Below, one piece after another: positions 51,801 to 64,000 of a stretch of DNA of 64,000 bases (position 1 is its first letter; each line of letters starts with the position of its first letter). Position numbers and translations under genes: made by a program. Source of the DNA: Balanoglossus misakiensis (Eukaryota > Animalia > Hemichordata); NCBI GenBank assembly GCA_040954595.2, contig CM082593.2, forward strand, positions 1 through 64,000, in the 5' to 3' direction. Under the pieces are notes generated by a model, which saw only the letters and a program-made list of their open reading frames with translations, was not told where the DNA came from and searched no databases.

Positions 51801-54800
51801 CCTTTTCACGATTTTCCACTGTTCTTGGGACAGATTTAATTTCATACTATACATGTAGATATTAAGGATGATACCCAGCCGATATAAAGGGAAACATCGA
51901 AATTTTAGCAACAATACAAGTTTATTGGCTTTTTGTTGCTAAGTGTATCAGGCACCAGATACCGGTAGACAGAAAAAGTCACGACTGGCTAATATGTGCG
52001 ATTTTCAAGATTGCAATTACGGCTCCAAGATGTTATCAGCGACTCGATAAATTAAAGATGGTATAAAGATAAAAATACATGTCTGCGTAACACAATTCCA
52101 GGGGACCATATTCCTTCGACATGTTTAAAACTCTAGGTCAGAATTAAAACAAACATTGACGAAGTAATTGCATTGGGCGCACACCACCTTATTTTAAGGG
52201 TTAAACTCTCATTTATTACTCAGGAGGGGGAGTGAGTTCTAATCCCCAGGAATACTAGAAAACGCCGATAAAATAGTTTAGGCAACCGTTTTTGAATGTC
52301 AAATGTAACAGAATAGCTTGAATTTTCTCTGGTTAAGTAAAATCTGTTAAAGGGTTTGAATTTTCTTTGAGTTGGTACTCGTGCAATCATCAATCTTTGA
52401 TTTGAGAATATCGTTATACAACATTCAATACCAGGTATGACATGACATGACATGACACGACATGACATAATAATCCTTACATTTCTCTGGTGGCGTTTCA
52501 CATGTTAATTGCATCCCTAGACACCTGTTCGATCTATTTCAATAATGTTTCAGTGAACGATAAGCATATCTTGTAATAGATATGGTTTCGTATCATGTAA
52601 AGCTCAGTGATAACACGGTGGCACAGAAGTGGTAGCAACCAGTGAACATTGTTAAGTATAGCAACATCAGAATGTCTAAGAGAATTTTGTGAGACCGTAA
52701 TTAATTACACTCTTAGGCTACAAAATAAGCATAACTTGCTTATTCACCTACTTATTATGAATATCATCAAATATTAACATGATTTTGAGTAGACGGTCAA
52801 GGCCTGGACAACACTTGGACTTACTTGTTCCCAGGTAGGCTTTATATTGGATGGTCTCTTATGTCTGCAGCTGTCTGTCACAAATATGTCTAAACAAATA
52901 CGACAGTAACGCAATGACCGATAGGAGTGTTATTTCAAATGAAACCAGTCCTTAGCAACTAGATCATGACAACCGATTCAAATTTACCCATTGTAAATTA
53001 AACGAGTTTTAATTATTTGGCAACGCGCCCGGATTAAAAACAGATTAATGTCGACAGACCTCCAGCTGGATTTCTTTTGGACCAAGTTTATCGATTTTTA
53101 AAAAGGTCTGAGTTTTGACCTAATCCTTCACGTTCGCAATCAGATTGATTGCGTTTTTTGGAGCCTGCTATACGGGCCTTTTATTCCCTCCCTAACCCTC
53201 ATTCGTGCCAAGATCTATGCACAAAAGTTGATATTTAACGCTAGATCAGCTACTGCCGCCAGACACCACATCGAGAACATCATCTCCACGACGAACACAC
53301 AAAAGCGTTCCATTAAGGCATGCAGACAGAAGAGACAAATCGACCGCAAACGATTATCAAAATTGCGTTCATAGTTCTTCAAAATTTAAAAACTCATTTA
53401 ATGATCCCTAAATACTACTGATTAAAATCACAACTGTATCAAATAGAAATAGATATTTTGACTCCATTTAATCGAAAACGTCCAAACACATCCTATTAAA
53501 GTTTTCTCCCTTCTCTTTCTCAAACATACACACAAAGGCAAACACACATACACATACACACACATACGTAGACACACCTGATCTGTGACCCCACAGAGAC
53601 ATGTATTAGAGTCGATATGCAAATATTCATGTCTCTCGGGACGAGGTACCTCAGCACCACAGTCTGTCTAAATTTAGACCAAATCGCTCCAGATATAACG
53701 TCCCAAAATACCGATACGGTTTGGCACTTCTCTTTAGCTGAGGATTAACCCCGTCGCTGCACTTAACAATCACGTGACATGTCGGTAAGGGTATTAAATT
53801 AGGACGTCTATGTCATGGGTTCAAATGGGAAAGTTGGTCGAAGGAAGACATTTGATATTAAGATTATCGAAATCGAACCTGAGGCAAAAAGGAGATAAAA
53901 ATGATTGAATATGGAAGTGATTGCATGGAATCGGTCATGCGAAAGCCATAAACCAGGTGTAAAAGCGCTACATAGCAATATTTTGTCTACAAAGAAGAAT
54001 CTATCGTGAAGAATAGTAAAGAGAAACCCACCTGAACAAGGTTGGTTTATGGGCGCATTTACAGGACACTAGTCTGGCAGAAAGAAGTTTGATAAGCTAC
54101 GGTGAACCAGGCATTGGATGTAATGGGTTTATGAATAGAATGTACCGCTACTAAAAATTCCCTGGTGCGATCGTGCGTGACCTAGGGTGCAAGTCTCTTC
54201 ACGGATCTGTCATCTCCATTATCTTCTCATTAAATGTTCCATATGATGAGAACGTGTATGAAATATGCAATCCTAGTTAATATGATGTATGAACTAATTG
54301 AATTGAGAAGAGGAGCTATGATTGGAAGGGATTTGAGGGAAAAACTGGAAGTGGAAAATAAAATGCAGGGATATGCTTCCACTTCAGAAGGGGAATTTAT
54401 CATGCGTTTTAACACACTGACTTTAATAGTTGATGCTAGCTTATACATGAGTGGTATGCGGATTTTGGGAATGACCGATTATGAGGAAGCAGTATTATGT
54501 CCAATTGAGTTGTTCTGCAACCTAGTTCAGTTTTGTCGTCTAGTCTGACATTCACTTGTATTTTAAAGCATAAAGTAGCATTCAATAGAATTCAAACAAA
54601 TAGGCCTATAAAAAGCCAGGACCCCTTGAACCACATACTACAGTACTCCCACGTACCAATGAGTTGGCTTCCACTATGAAGGGAATTATGAGGGGGCTGT
54701 TACTTGAGCAAACAACACACTCCTGTGAGAACGGACTACGTGTCCTCCCAGTATCCCCTAAAATGCAATTTTTGTCCAGAGTCTGTATACACAGAACGAA

Positions 54801-57800
54801 AGACAAGCATCTATGAATGTGTATATGTTAATACCAATAAACCGGTCAAAGACACTAGCCTGGCTATAGATCTGGGTTTACATATTACTGTTCGTGCACA
54901 CGTGCCAACCGTCTCTCTAAACAAATATGTCGTGAAATTTTCTGAACCTCAATGGAGATGCTTTGCCATAAACATGATATTAGGGTTATTGGAATTTGCT
55001 GCAAAATCATCAGACCGTGTCAACTACCTGATGGCGAGGCCTGATTCGATCATCATTACAATTTAGTGCCTATGCTGAGGTCACAATTAGCCCTGTCAGC
55101 GTTGATTAATGGTAGAGAACACCGAGATATGCATGGATGAATTCAAGAAGTGGTTCTCAACAGCTATATGGAGCGACTACATCAATCTCTATTTGCATAG
55201 GATAACTTGAATCGCAGCTTCCGATTTTGAAGTTATTTCTCCATGACAACAGGGTCCCTAATGCATTGTTTTCAGAAGGAATTCGGGTGGTAGGATCGTG
55301 ACACAAGACGAATTGCCAAAGGATATGGAAATCAGTTGATAACTGACATGACATGAAGTAATATAATCTTTACACTCGGTCGATATTTTAATATCTTCAT
55401 TGGGTTGTTGGGAAAATAATGTTGTGGATGTGAGAAAATGTTATCTGAGAAGATGGGGAAACCCCACTAATATATCTACTATGGAAAGTTTGCATCGATT
55501 TTCATTCAAAGAAACTTATGAGCCTGATTCGAAAAATGTACAACTATTAAATACAAAGCTTTGACGTCATTTCGCAAACTTGCTGATCAAATTTCTTTTA
55601 TGGCGGATTGATTGGCGGTCGCAATCTGTGATCCGTAAGGCAGATTTAGGTATACAGTGGCGTCGACCTCCTTGATTGAATTTCACATATTTTCAATTGA
55701 GACACTTCACATTGATAGTGTGGTGAGGCTGATGTATCGCTTAACCTCATTGGACAGAATGCAAAGAACAGCAACAAAAGTGTATTCCCCTGCCAATGAG
55801 CGTGTAGGTCGTAATAAACGTAAAGAGAGGCGACACCTGTTGATTCAGTCACTGGGGGAATAAATCAAGCTGTTGACCTGGCAAATAAGCAGCGCCACAA
55901 ACAAGCAAAGCGTCTCGTTAAAAGCTTGATCTGTTATATCGCTGTAAGTATATAGTAGCGTTGACAATATGCCCGCGGACTAGAGATAGTAGTAATCACC
56001 ACGAAAATAAATACACCATCATCAACCGATTTTGTTTTAAAATTATAGCATGACATACCTGACGTACATGTATGTTGAACGAGAAAACAAGAACACGTTT
56101 TAACCTTTCGGTGCATTTTAGAATATCCTGTAAATTACAGCCATCGCAGACATTGCAGTTACAAAGCGATGCACTCGTAAACAATTATCATTGCGCATTT
56201 AAAATGTACAAAATGATCTCGTTCTGAAGTAAAAGGTTACAAAACACAAATGGTGAACGAAAAACAACGTGTTTTCCTCTAGTTGTTTGATGTAAGTTTG
56301 AACGAGTACGGTTAAAGGTCAACTACAACAAAGGCAAGATACACACATATCAGCCGCAGCTAAGATACACATGAGTCTTCAAGGTAGCGTTGACATGTTC
56401 TTTGTCACAGTGCTGCAAAATATCGGCCTTTAAAGTTGTCTAGTGTAATTTTTGCTCATAAAAAGTCAGCACCATAGTAAACGTGCTGGATATGGGAAGC
56501 CATGCAGTGAATACAATGATAAAACCTACCCTTACCTTAACCCTAACCCCGGTCATGTGTTTATCTGTCTGTCTATTTGTCAACATACTCTTGCTTTATG
56601 GATAAAACAGACACTTTAATCCCATTGTAAAATTTTACAGTCATATTATATTCCTTTCTTGATGACAAAAGCTGTGTTAACTAAAACTTTGCGTTTGTCA
56701 GGAATCGGAAGGAATCCCGTGAACTTCTGGACTGATCACAATTAAGAATACCTCAATAAGTGGAAGTTTGAAAATGACATTACCCTGCTTATCTTTGCTC
56801 AGTTGAAGCGGCCCATTAAACTTTCACCATTAAGCGAAAGTTTATCACAAAAACAAAAGTATATGCATGAGGACACTATACTTTATGTTATGGTTACCTC
56901 AAAGATGCCGTGTTTAACGATCATGTTAAGTACATTGTGTAAAACACACCTTTGTTATTTCTTGACTGGTATAATAACGGACATATCAAGGTCAAGTTGA
57001 ACTTAAACAGTTGGCAGGTGAGCTGCTCGTATATCCTTTCACTAAAAGATTACTTCAGCTGGTTGGTGAGAAAATACCCCACTTGGTGCAACATTTTCTG
57101 AACTCTTGCTCCACTACTCAGTGTGGAGAGCTGGTGAACGTGTCGAGTCACAAGCTACGTCATACCGGTTATATGCGTCTTTGTGAGAGACAATGTGTGC
57201 CCCACTCTCACTTCGAGACACTTGTCTTACAACTACGGTTACTTCTGAAAGGCTTTTTTATAGCCTGTCTTTCTTGCACGGCAGCATTGTTCGTTATTCA
57301 AAAAAGCAAGAATCAAGCCAATTAGATATGACAGTGAAACCTGTCAGTCCAATTATAAGACGTGACAGGCCAAGAACTTTATCACTGCCGCTCCAGTGCA
57401 ACTATAGTGCGCATTATCAGACAACTGAAAACGCATTTTGATGCCATCCGTCATTAGAACATGTCATATATGCCAGACCACCGTTCAATGCAACGTGAAT
57501 TCTTTCAGTTTGGTCGATCCACATCTAGGACTCCACAATAAGTGCGACATGTTAGTTTAGCGAAGCTGCCCAAGCCAAAATCGGGAGGTAATTTTGGAAC
57601 ACTAATTTGAGAGTCCGGACTTAAATTCAGTTTGACCATGAATCTTGCTTATATATAACTCTAGATTGAAACTCTGGAATAATTTAACTATATGCGGATT
57701 TTTTGTTCTAAAGAACTGTTACTATCCACTTTGTAAAGTCACCTGTTTCTCAGCGTTTGGTCAGTAACTCACTACGTAGTACACGCAATCGGTCTTAAAA

Positions 57801-60778
57801 GCACTTAGGGCGTATTTAGTGAAGAGTTGGAATAATATTGACAGCTCTATTAGTGTCGGCTGCTACCATGTTTAGACAACCCAGTTTTTGTCGCTGGTTC
57901 CGTGGACAGAGAGCAACGGCATCCTCAGCATGGAATGGTTTTGCAAAACAATATACAATCCAACTAAAGCGAGTGCCAAAGGTCAAGGTTTCCTGCTACA
58001 GCTTCATTGTTCAACAAGACGCCATCTTTTCATTCAGATGCTCAAACCTCAGGAGCTTATTTAATGTGAATCTTTTCCGAAGAGAAAAGTTTTGAGTTAG
58101 AGGACGCCTAAATTTGTATTGCGATTAATAAAGTACGCAGCATTACTGGTTTGCACATCAGAACATATTGACAAACATTTCTCGTTATATTCTTTCGAGA
58201 TATTACTAACGTTCCTATTTCTGGGTGCAGCTTTAATAAATATTCATTGTTACCGCTCATAAGTTGTCTGTCAATTTAAGTAAAATAATGTCTGCTTTTA
58301 ACGCCAGAAAAGATCTGCACAGACTACTAATTGAAATGGCCGGAATATCAGTGTGACTTGAAGTAATTAGCATTGAGGGTTTACATCTTTAACCCCATTT
58401 GTTGTTCTTGAGCATTTTTATCATAAAAATCACTGTCGCCACTCTCTTCCATTTATGGACATAATGCTCATGACGTGTTCAACTTTTTGTATGGAAAAAT
58501 GCTGGTAATAATATTATATAGAAGAGTCACGCATACGTTTCGAGAATAGACTGTCGACGTTTATATAGGAAATATCAAAGCCAAAGTCATACGAATACAG
58601 GGCGCCACGGGTAATTATTGCATCCGATGAAGTGAAACAGAACTCATCGACTGCGCATGTTCACAGCGTTGATCTTTTTGCCGAAGGTTTCTCTTCAGTA
58701 AAATACTCAAACAGCAACTGACCTTGGTAAATTTGTCATCAGAGTAGCTTAAAATAAGGATATCCTCGCTAACCACGATGATTATTTCCCATGCTTGCCA
58801 CAAAACATACTAATAAAGCCATAAATTGTTTTATTATGCATGTAACATATTCTGCTGAATTGGTGTATTTGCAGAGTGCACAAAAACAGGAAATGTTTTC
58901 ATCATTATTTGCACAACATGAAATGCCTCTCTGGATAAATTTGCACAAAAATTGTTTGGGGAAAAGATAGAACGAAGGCATATAAAATATAATCTGTATA
59001 ACTTTGACGTACAATGAATAACTCGGCAGAAGTTGACACGTCAACTAAAAGAACCATTCGCATCTGACCGCATGTAAACTTTTAGTGAACTGTTGTATAT
59101 GAACAGGTGTCTTTGGGTCCATGAAAATTTAATTTTACAATTTGATTTGCTAGCAAATGGATTTAGACGTAATTAGATTTAGACGTAATTAGAGACGTAT
59201 GATTTATTATTTCTTTAAAAGTGTCTCAGGCAAATAAATTAGGAGGTCGTGGGCAGAGGAAGTTATTATTGATTTAGTTGGCTAATTGAAAAAGCACTGA
59301 TAAAGGTCATGGCGCATACTATAGTATGACCTATAGGTTCTCCGCTATCATAACTTTTAGTTATCAGAACCCAGGGAAAATTTTTATGAAGTCTTATTTC
59401 TGTTCGGGATTTTTGGACGAATCATTTTGAGGTGATCCATTGCTTGATCGTTCACAAGAAAACAGCAAACGTGTATACTTCTAAAACGCAATAGTTGCTC
59501 ACACATCAACGGACTAATGCTTTAAAAACGAGGCTTTGTTCTGATTAATGATAAAAACACTTAGTTACTGTAATACAATGGATTGCTTAGACCAGTGTAA
59601 GTTTAGATCAGTGATGGTTTTTCTGAGTGGTGAAAATTACTCCTCGTCACAATGGGGCCGCAAACGCCTAACTCATTACAGAGGAATGATCATTACACTT
59701 GAAAGAGCAGCTCTGTTTTGAAATGGACCTGTTGCGTACAAATGACACGCCTCATATAATAGCTAAGGGCTTATCAAAAACAACACCCAAAAGAAAACAA
59801 CACAAGTCCGACTACACCCCATTGATATTTTCAATCATTTGCTTCCGCGCAAATAGCTTTGGAAAGCCACTCCGCATTGTACATACGGGGATTGAATACC
59901 AGTCGACATCGAATTTTCACCGTGACGTACACAACACAGGCACGATTACCAACACTGTCATCCCATATGTCACATATGTGTTCTGAGTTTTAAAACTTCA
60001 GAATAAACAAAATAATAGGCAGAGGTATTTTCAACACGGCAATAAAATATCAGCAGTCAAGAACAGCTGACCGTGCGTCAGCATTCCTTCAACCTTTCAA
60101 CCAACAACATATCAGATATATTAAAACCTCAGTATACTGATATAAATCCACATTTTGATATTATTTTCTATCCCATTTAGTTGTGTATGCTATTTCCTAA
60201 ATTTGTTTGGGGTGGGACAGAAATTGTTAGTTTAAAGTGATTTTAAAATGATAGCAACTATAAGCCCATTGCAAGCCGCCCGGAAGGTTCGTGCGGAATT
60301 TTCTGTGTTTGCGTTTTATTGCTGTGATTTATAACTTTGTGTATGATGATTTTGATATAGAAATCCTGCTATGCGCCGTGCCTCACCTAGTCACCATACT
60401 ACTTCAGAGACCAGAGCTGTGATTCAGGTCCAGGTGTGGAACCGACGGAATCCAGAAGTTATGTTAAAACTCCAATGGTTTTAATCATTAAAGAAACAAG
60501 TGTTTGTCTGCAGAAGCGATTTATCTGTCGCCGAATTTGGACTCAATGCGAGAGAAATGAACTTTGTGACAAGGCCGTACCTGTGTATGGTCTCCACTGC
60601 GCATTCTTTTCAGGTCATCCGGTGGTATTGTTGCTAACAATTCCGCCGTCCGCTCGAAGTCTTTCCGCATAATCGCTCCGTAAAGAATCGTCCTCTGCTC
60701 GCCGATGGTCGATTGACGGCGCTTGCCATCGTCGCCTTCGGAAGCAGAGATAGCGTCCTCTACTTTGGAGGACGCCAT
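32298..60778 (-). CDS. Spliced 6-exon gene for an ankyrin-repeat + death-domain protein with a long Ser-rich C-terminal tail (~806 aa); CDS = complement(join(32298..33865,34122..34386,35500..35679,39955..40065,48852..48950,60581..60778))
   Basis: All five introns are GT-AG with matching phases (0,0,0,0,1). Exon lengths 198+99+111+180+265+1568 = 2421 nt = 806 aa + stop. Ankyrin motifs are rebuilt across junctions (DHTQ|GQLSILHAA; AKDK|AGRSPLDIA) and the last death-domain helix spans exons 5/6. Extra exons in the large introns are not excluded. Confidence 0.8.
34122..34386 (-). CDS. Exon 5, death domain (VFAFLKRRLSNKYWKDFFKVLGFQNKDIMDLK...EECIVQGLQSWDKKNGDIGILFGALCHETVNQRILV)
   Basis: Branch point CACTAAC, pyrimidine tract and CAG acceptor; donor G|GTAAGT (phase 1). 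W..F...LG....I ... L..W ... L..AL pattern typical of death domains. Confidence 0.85.
35500..35679 (-). CDS. Exon 4, Ser/Thr-rich linker containing DSGVSS
   Basis: 180 nt, phase 0/0; acceptor ttttcttgtag|GAG, donor GAG|GTAATG. Confidence 0.78.
39955..40065 (-). CDS. Exon 3, AGRSPLDIAKTSNNEDMVKVITNSCEVSDANNTKNSK (capping ankyrin repeat); absent from the ORF track
   Basis: Translated by hand: 111 nt, acceptor acacag|, donor AAG|GTAAG; GRSPLDIA is a typical terminal ankyrin motif. Confidence 0.85.
47322..48077. mobile_element. Non-autonomous DNA transposon (MITE), 756 bp, ~85-bp terminal inverted repeats, 7-bp target-site duplication CTTCAGC
   Basis: 47323-47407 is the reverse complement of 47992-48076 with one internal mismatch. 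CTTCAGC sits at 47315-47321 and 48078-48084. Internal sub-repeats; no transposase. Confidence 0.9.
48852..48950 (-). CDS. Exon 2, a single ankyrin repeat GQLSILHAAVETGSVEIVELLLDKGFVPTAKDK
   Basis: Exactly 99 nt, phase 0/0; acceptor tcttttccag|, donor AAG|GTAAGC; matches the ankyrin consensus LHxA..G..E(I/V)V.LLL..G. Confidence 0.92.
52437..52469. repeat. (CATGA)n microsatellite
   Basis: atgacatgacatgacatgacacgacatgacata read directly. Confidence 0.8.
60581..60778 (-). CDS. Exon 1 (coding part), MASSKVED...GEQRTILYGAIMRKDFERTAELL...SGDHTQ, with a degenerate first ankyrin-like repeat
   Basis: ATG in good Kozak context (CACAAGATGG); 66 codons ending at donor CAG|GTACGG, phase 0. Confidence 0.7.
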
Positions 60779-62881
60779 CTTGTGTGTACGCCCCGCGTTG
60801 TTTTGTAGCCACTGGTAGTCTGGTTGATCGGTGGCAGCACGGGTGGGTTCGGTCCTCAAACTGTACCGGTGTGCAGCTATGTCGTGTATAACGTACGATA
60901 CCTAATAAATCCACCGTGTTTACATAGCTCAGCACTTGAACAGCCTATCACTCAGGTAAAATATTAACCACCGCTGCAGAATAAAAGGCTACAAATCTTG
61001 CCAGGATTGTCAGCGATGTGTGTGCTCACTCAAGTTGCTCAGCTCGTCCATGACCAATTTCCATGACAACTGATAACAACTAATCTTCCAGAGTTGACAC
61101 TCCTAAGACGTACACATAGTGCTCATTGCACCATGACAGTGTCATCATTACCGCGTAGTACAGCTTTGATGTTATTCAGCTCTGAGATTTGACGACGCTT
61201 CGGTGTGGTTAAACGTCTACGTGTGAATGCAACCACTTGTTGATTGCGCGACTCCATTCAACCAGTCTGGCATCTTCGCTCACGGCGTATTGCAATTCAA
61301 CAATACACGAGAGGTCTTGTATGGTGCTAAAAGAGTGTCACTCAGAACCGATGTGACATTTTTCTTTCTCAAGCAATGAATTGTTTCTTTATGAAAGTTA
61401 ATTCCAGATAGTTCATGATATATCTCCTGAGTTCCCTATTCATTTCTCTGATATCACATGAAGTTGGCCACGAAATTGTCCAGATACTTTGTTTCCAAGA
61501 TTCACCTCTAGCTGTGACAGGTGTAATCGTGAAAAGTCAGAGTTGATGGTAACTACAAAAGGTCGATACAAAATGGGTATTATTGATAAGTGCCATACAA
61601 ATTGGAATTATGTCGTCGAACCAGCTCGAGTTGACGATGCTTCATTTTCAGTCAATACATCAAGTCAAAATTTAATTTTTGACGGTTTGTACTTTCTGTT
61701 TTTGCCGCTTGCGTTAAATTTGATTTTTTCTAAGAGATTGTGAATTTTTTAAAACGAAGTGTAGCTTTTCGAGTTCACAACGTACAATCTGATCTAGGGT
61801 CTGTCAGCACAATACAAATCAGCGAAACAGAGGCAGTCGAGGTGTTTCATTTCACCAAATATATCGGACAACTTCAAAAAGGTGATCATAGAAAAGGCAA
61901 GATGTAATGATGACCTATGGCATAAAGAGCAATTAGAGGCAATAGGCCTACCCATCATCGTTATCGGCTCTCTCTCACTGTTATATAATGAACTGAACAG
62001 GTTTGAATTAATTCCAGATTAATGTCACAAGATTATCTCAGGATATTGTTTGCAATCATGCAGTTCAAATATATTGCAATTAATTTTAATCATTCTAAAA
62101 TTCCAACAACAGCATATAGTTGACTGTACCGCAAAAGCAAAAAATGTTAATTAAGCCTATAGGACCGAATTAATCATTTTGTAAGAATGCTTAAACGTTT
62201 AATTCATTGCGACCTTGTTTTAATATTCTTTTGTTTCACTGGCAGGGAAGTTCAATCTGCTGAAATGTTTAAAATTTCTGCTTCAGTACACGTGACCAGA
62301 GTGGTTTAATAACCAGATTTGTGTCAAGTTTTGAATAAAGTGGTACCAATGTTCTTATACTTATCAGTTGTGAGCAGATTGTTGCGTCATGTAAAACTCA
62401 GTCTTGCCCGAGTCCGAGTCTGAGACATTACGATAAGATTACGACATGAATTTACCTTAAATACTCTAAACGAAGCAAAAATGTCAGTGATTTTTAATGA
62501 AAACACTTCCGACGTTGGTATTGATTTTTTCATTTAGCTTTAAAGACTGGTTGTCACTGGTAACAGAGAGGTGAAAATTCCAAAGTGCCGCACGGTTTAT
62601 TGTTTTAGCTGGAAGTAGTGATCGTGACAGCGACGTTAACATGGCGTTATCGATTTCAGTATCCATCATACATTCTGTAAATGTTTTCATTACGGTCAAC
62701 AAATAAGAAAATCTGGAGAGATTAGGTTTTTTTAGTTTAGCAATTTGATATAATTAGCGGTGATTGAGCTAAGCGATGTGTTTCACCCACATGGTTTCAC
62801 CACAGTCCCTCAAGAAAGACGGTCGCGAATCGCCTATTGTTCGGACGTGTGAACGAGAGGATTAGCTGTAGGATGCGCATT

Positions 62882-62897
62882 ATGGTCACGTGACCAT
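62882..62897. promoter_or_regulatory. 16-bp perfect palindrome ATGGTCACGTGACCAT containing the extended E-box GTCACGTGAC (USF/MiT-TFE CLEAR type), ~2.1 kb upstream of the predicted ATG
   Basis: Motif seen directly; function is inferred only, and such motifs also occur in repeats. Confidence 0.3.
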
Positions 62898-63114
62898 CTT
62901 AGAGTTGCGCTTTTTCCTTGGAAGCAAGTGACAGTCGCACTACTATCTACGGTGATTTTCCCGATATGTCAGTTATGTTTCAAGAATATTCCAATTCAGT
63001 GCATTAAATTCATTCGACATGTTTTTACATACAAGGGAAGTGCACATTTTGTGTATCAAATCGCTTCTTGTAGCACTCACGGGCGTTGTCATTTTCAAGG
63101 TGGATTGTGGGCAT

Positions 63115-63517
63115 ACACATTTTGCGGGCGTTTCTGGGACCGCTTTATTTTTGACCCTATTTTTCGATGTTTTTTTCTCGATAACTGTTACCAAAAGCTA
63201 TGTATGTTAACTCCAATATATAAGGTGTTAGGCAACTATATCGAAAATGAACGTTCTATTATACTTGAGCAGAAATCGGTCATTTGCATCGCTGTTTGAT
63301 TTTACACTGAAACAAACACATTTTGAGGGCGTTTCTGGGACCGCTTTATTTTCTGACCCTTTTTTCGATGCTTTTTTCTCGATTAATGTTACCAAAAGCT
63401 ATGTATGTTAACTCCAATATATAAGGTGTTAGGCAACTATATCGAAAATGAACGTTCTATTATACTTTCGCAGAAATCGGTCACTTGCTTCGATGTTTGA
63501 TTTTACACTGAAACAAA
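63115..63517. repeat. 201-bp tandem duplication (2 copies)
   Basis: acacattttg(c/a)gggcgtttctgggacc begins at 63115 and 63316; both copies end with ttttacactgaaacaa. Confidence 0.92.
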
Positions 63518-64000
63518 TGGTGGCCTAATGTAAATAAGGTGGCTTCAAAATGAAATGGGCGATTTTTCATTCTCTTGATCATGCTAAGTCTTGTATTGGT
63601 TTTGGTGATCTTTAGTACTAAATTCTTGAGCTATCAGGCCATGACTAGTGACATATAAATGTTCAACTTTTATGAAAAATGCAAAACCATTTTCGAGCGA
63701 GCGAGCGCTTTCCAAGATGGCAGTGTGCATCGGGTGTGTTCATTATGCTTCAAGTGTGTCGTTTTTAACCCTTCGAAAATGTGTTTTTCAAATTCGATAG
63801 CCATTGTCAATCTTCTAGTTTACTATAATGTTGCCAAAGTGTTTAATGTTACCGAGAAAATTGTATTAAAATTCCATGTTGCTTTTTGAGCTGCACAGTG
63901 ATCGCCGTCGACCAGAAAGGAAGCCCTACAAATGCACTGTCTTCGATCACTCACTCAACGACCTGGGGCAGTACGTGTTCCTAGTCCTGGGTCGCGTTCT

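Noticed and set aside
54230-54548. Possible LINE reverse-transcriptase remnant or extra exon
   Set aside because: No recognisable RT motif and no convincing phase-compatible splice sites.
56524-56550. cctacccttaccttaaccctaaccc as a telomeric remnant
   Set aside because: Only about four degenerate hexamers; too short to interpret.

Overview
This is eukaryotic (metazoan-type) genomic DNA, not prokaryotic: it has GT-AG spliceosomal introns, TTAGGG telomeric repeats and microsatellites. Bases 1-20.7 kb are four GC/G-rich tandem satellites laid end to end: a 57-bp unit, a mosaic of 46/45/32-bp units, a 21-bp unit and a second 46-bp unit. They share sequence modules and are joined through short microhomologies, and a perfect (GGGTTA)8 tract replaces one motif inside a 46-bp monomer. 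Bases 20.7-29.1 kb are AT-rich: a diverged segmental duplication, a degenerate TTAGGG tract, a ~280-bp satellite that grew out of one copy of the duplication, and a (CATA)n/(TATG)n fold-back. One minus-strand gene spans 60778-32298 with six exons, all phase-compatible, giving ~806 aa. The protein has about 3 ankyrin repeats, a DSGxxS motif, a death domain and a long Ser-rich tail ending in -STTI. One intron holds a 756-bp MITE with ~85-bp TIRs. Nearly all ORFs in the supplied track, including the very long ones at 1-20 kb, are repeat artefacts. All analysis was by eye, with no database searches.
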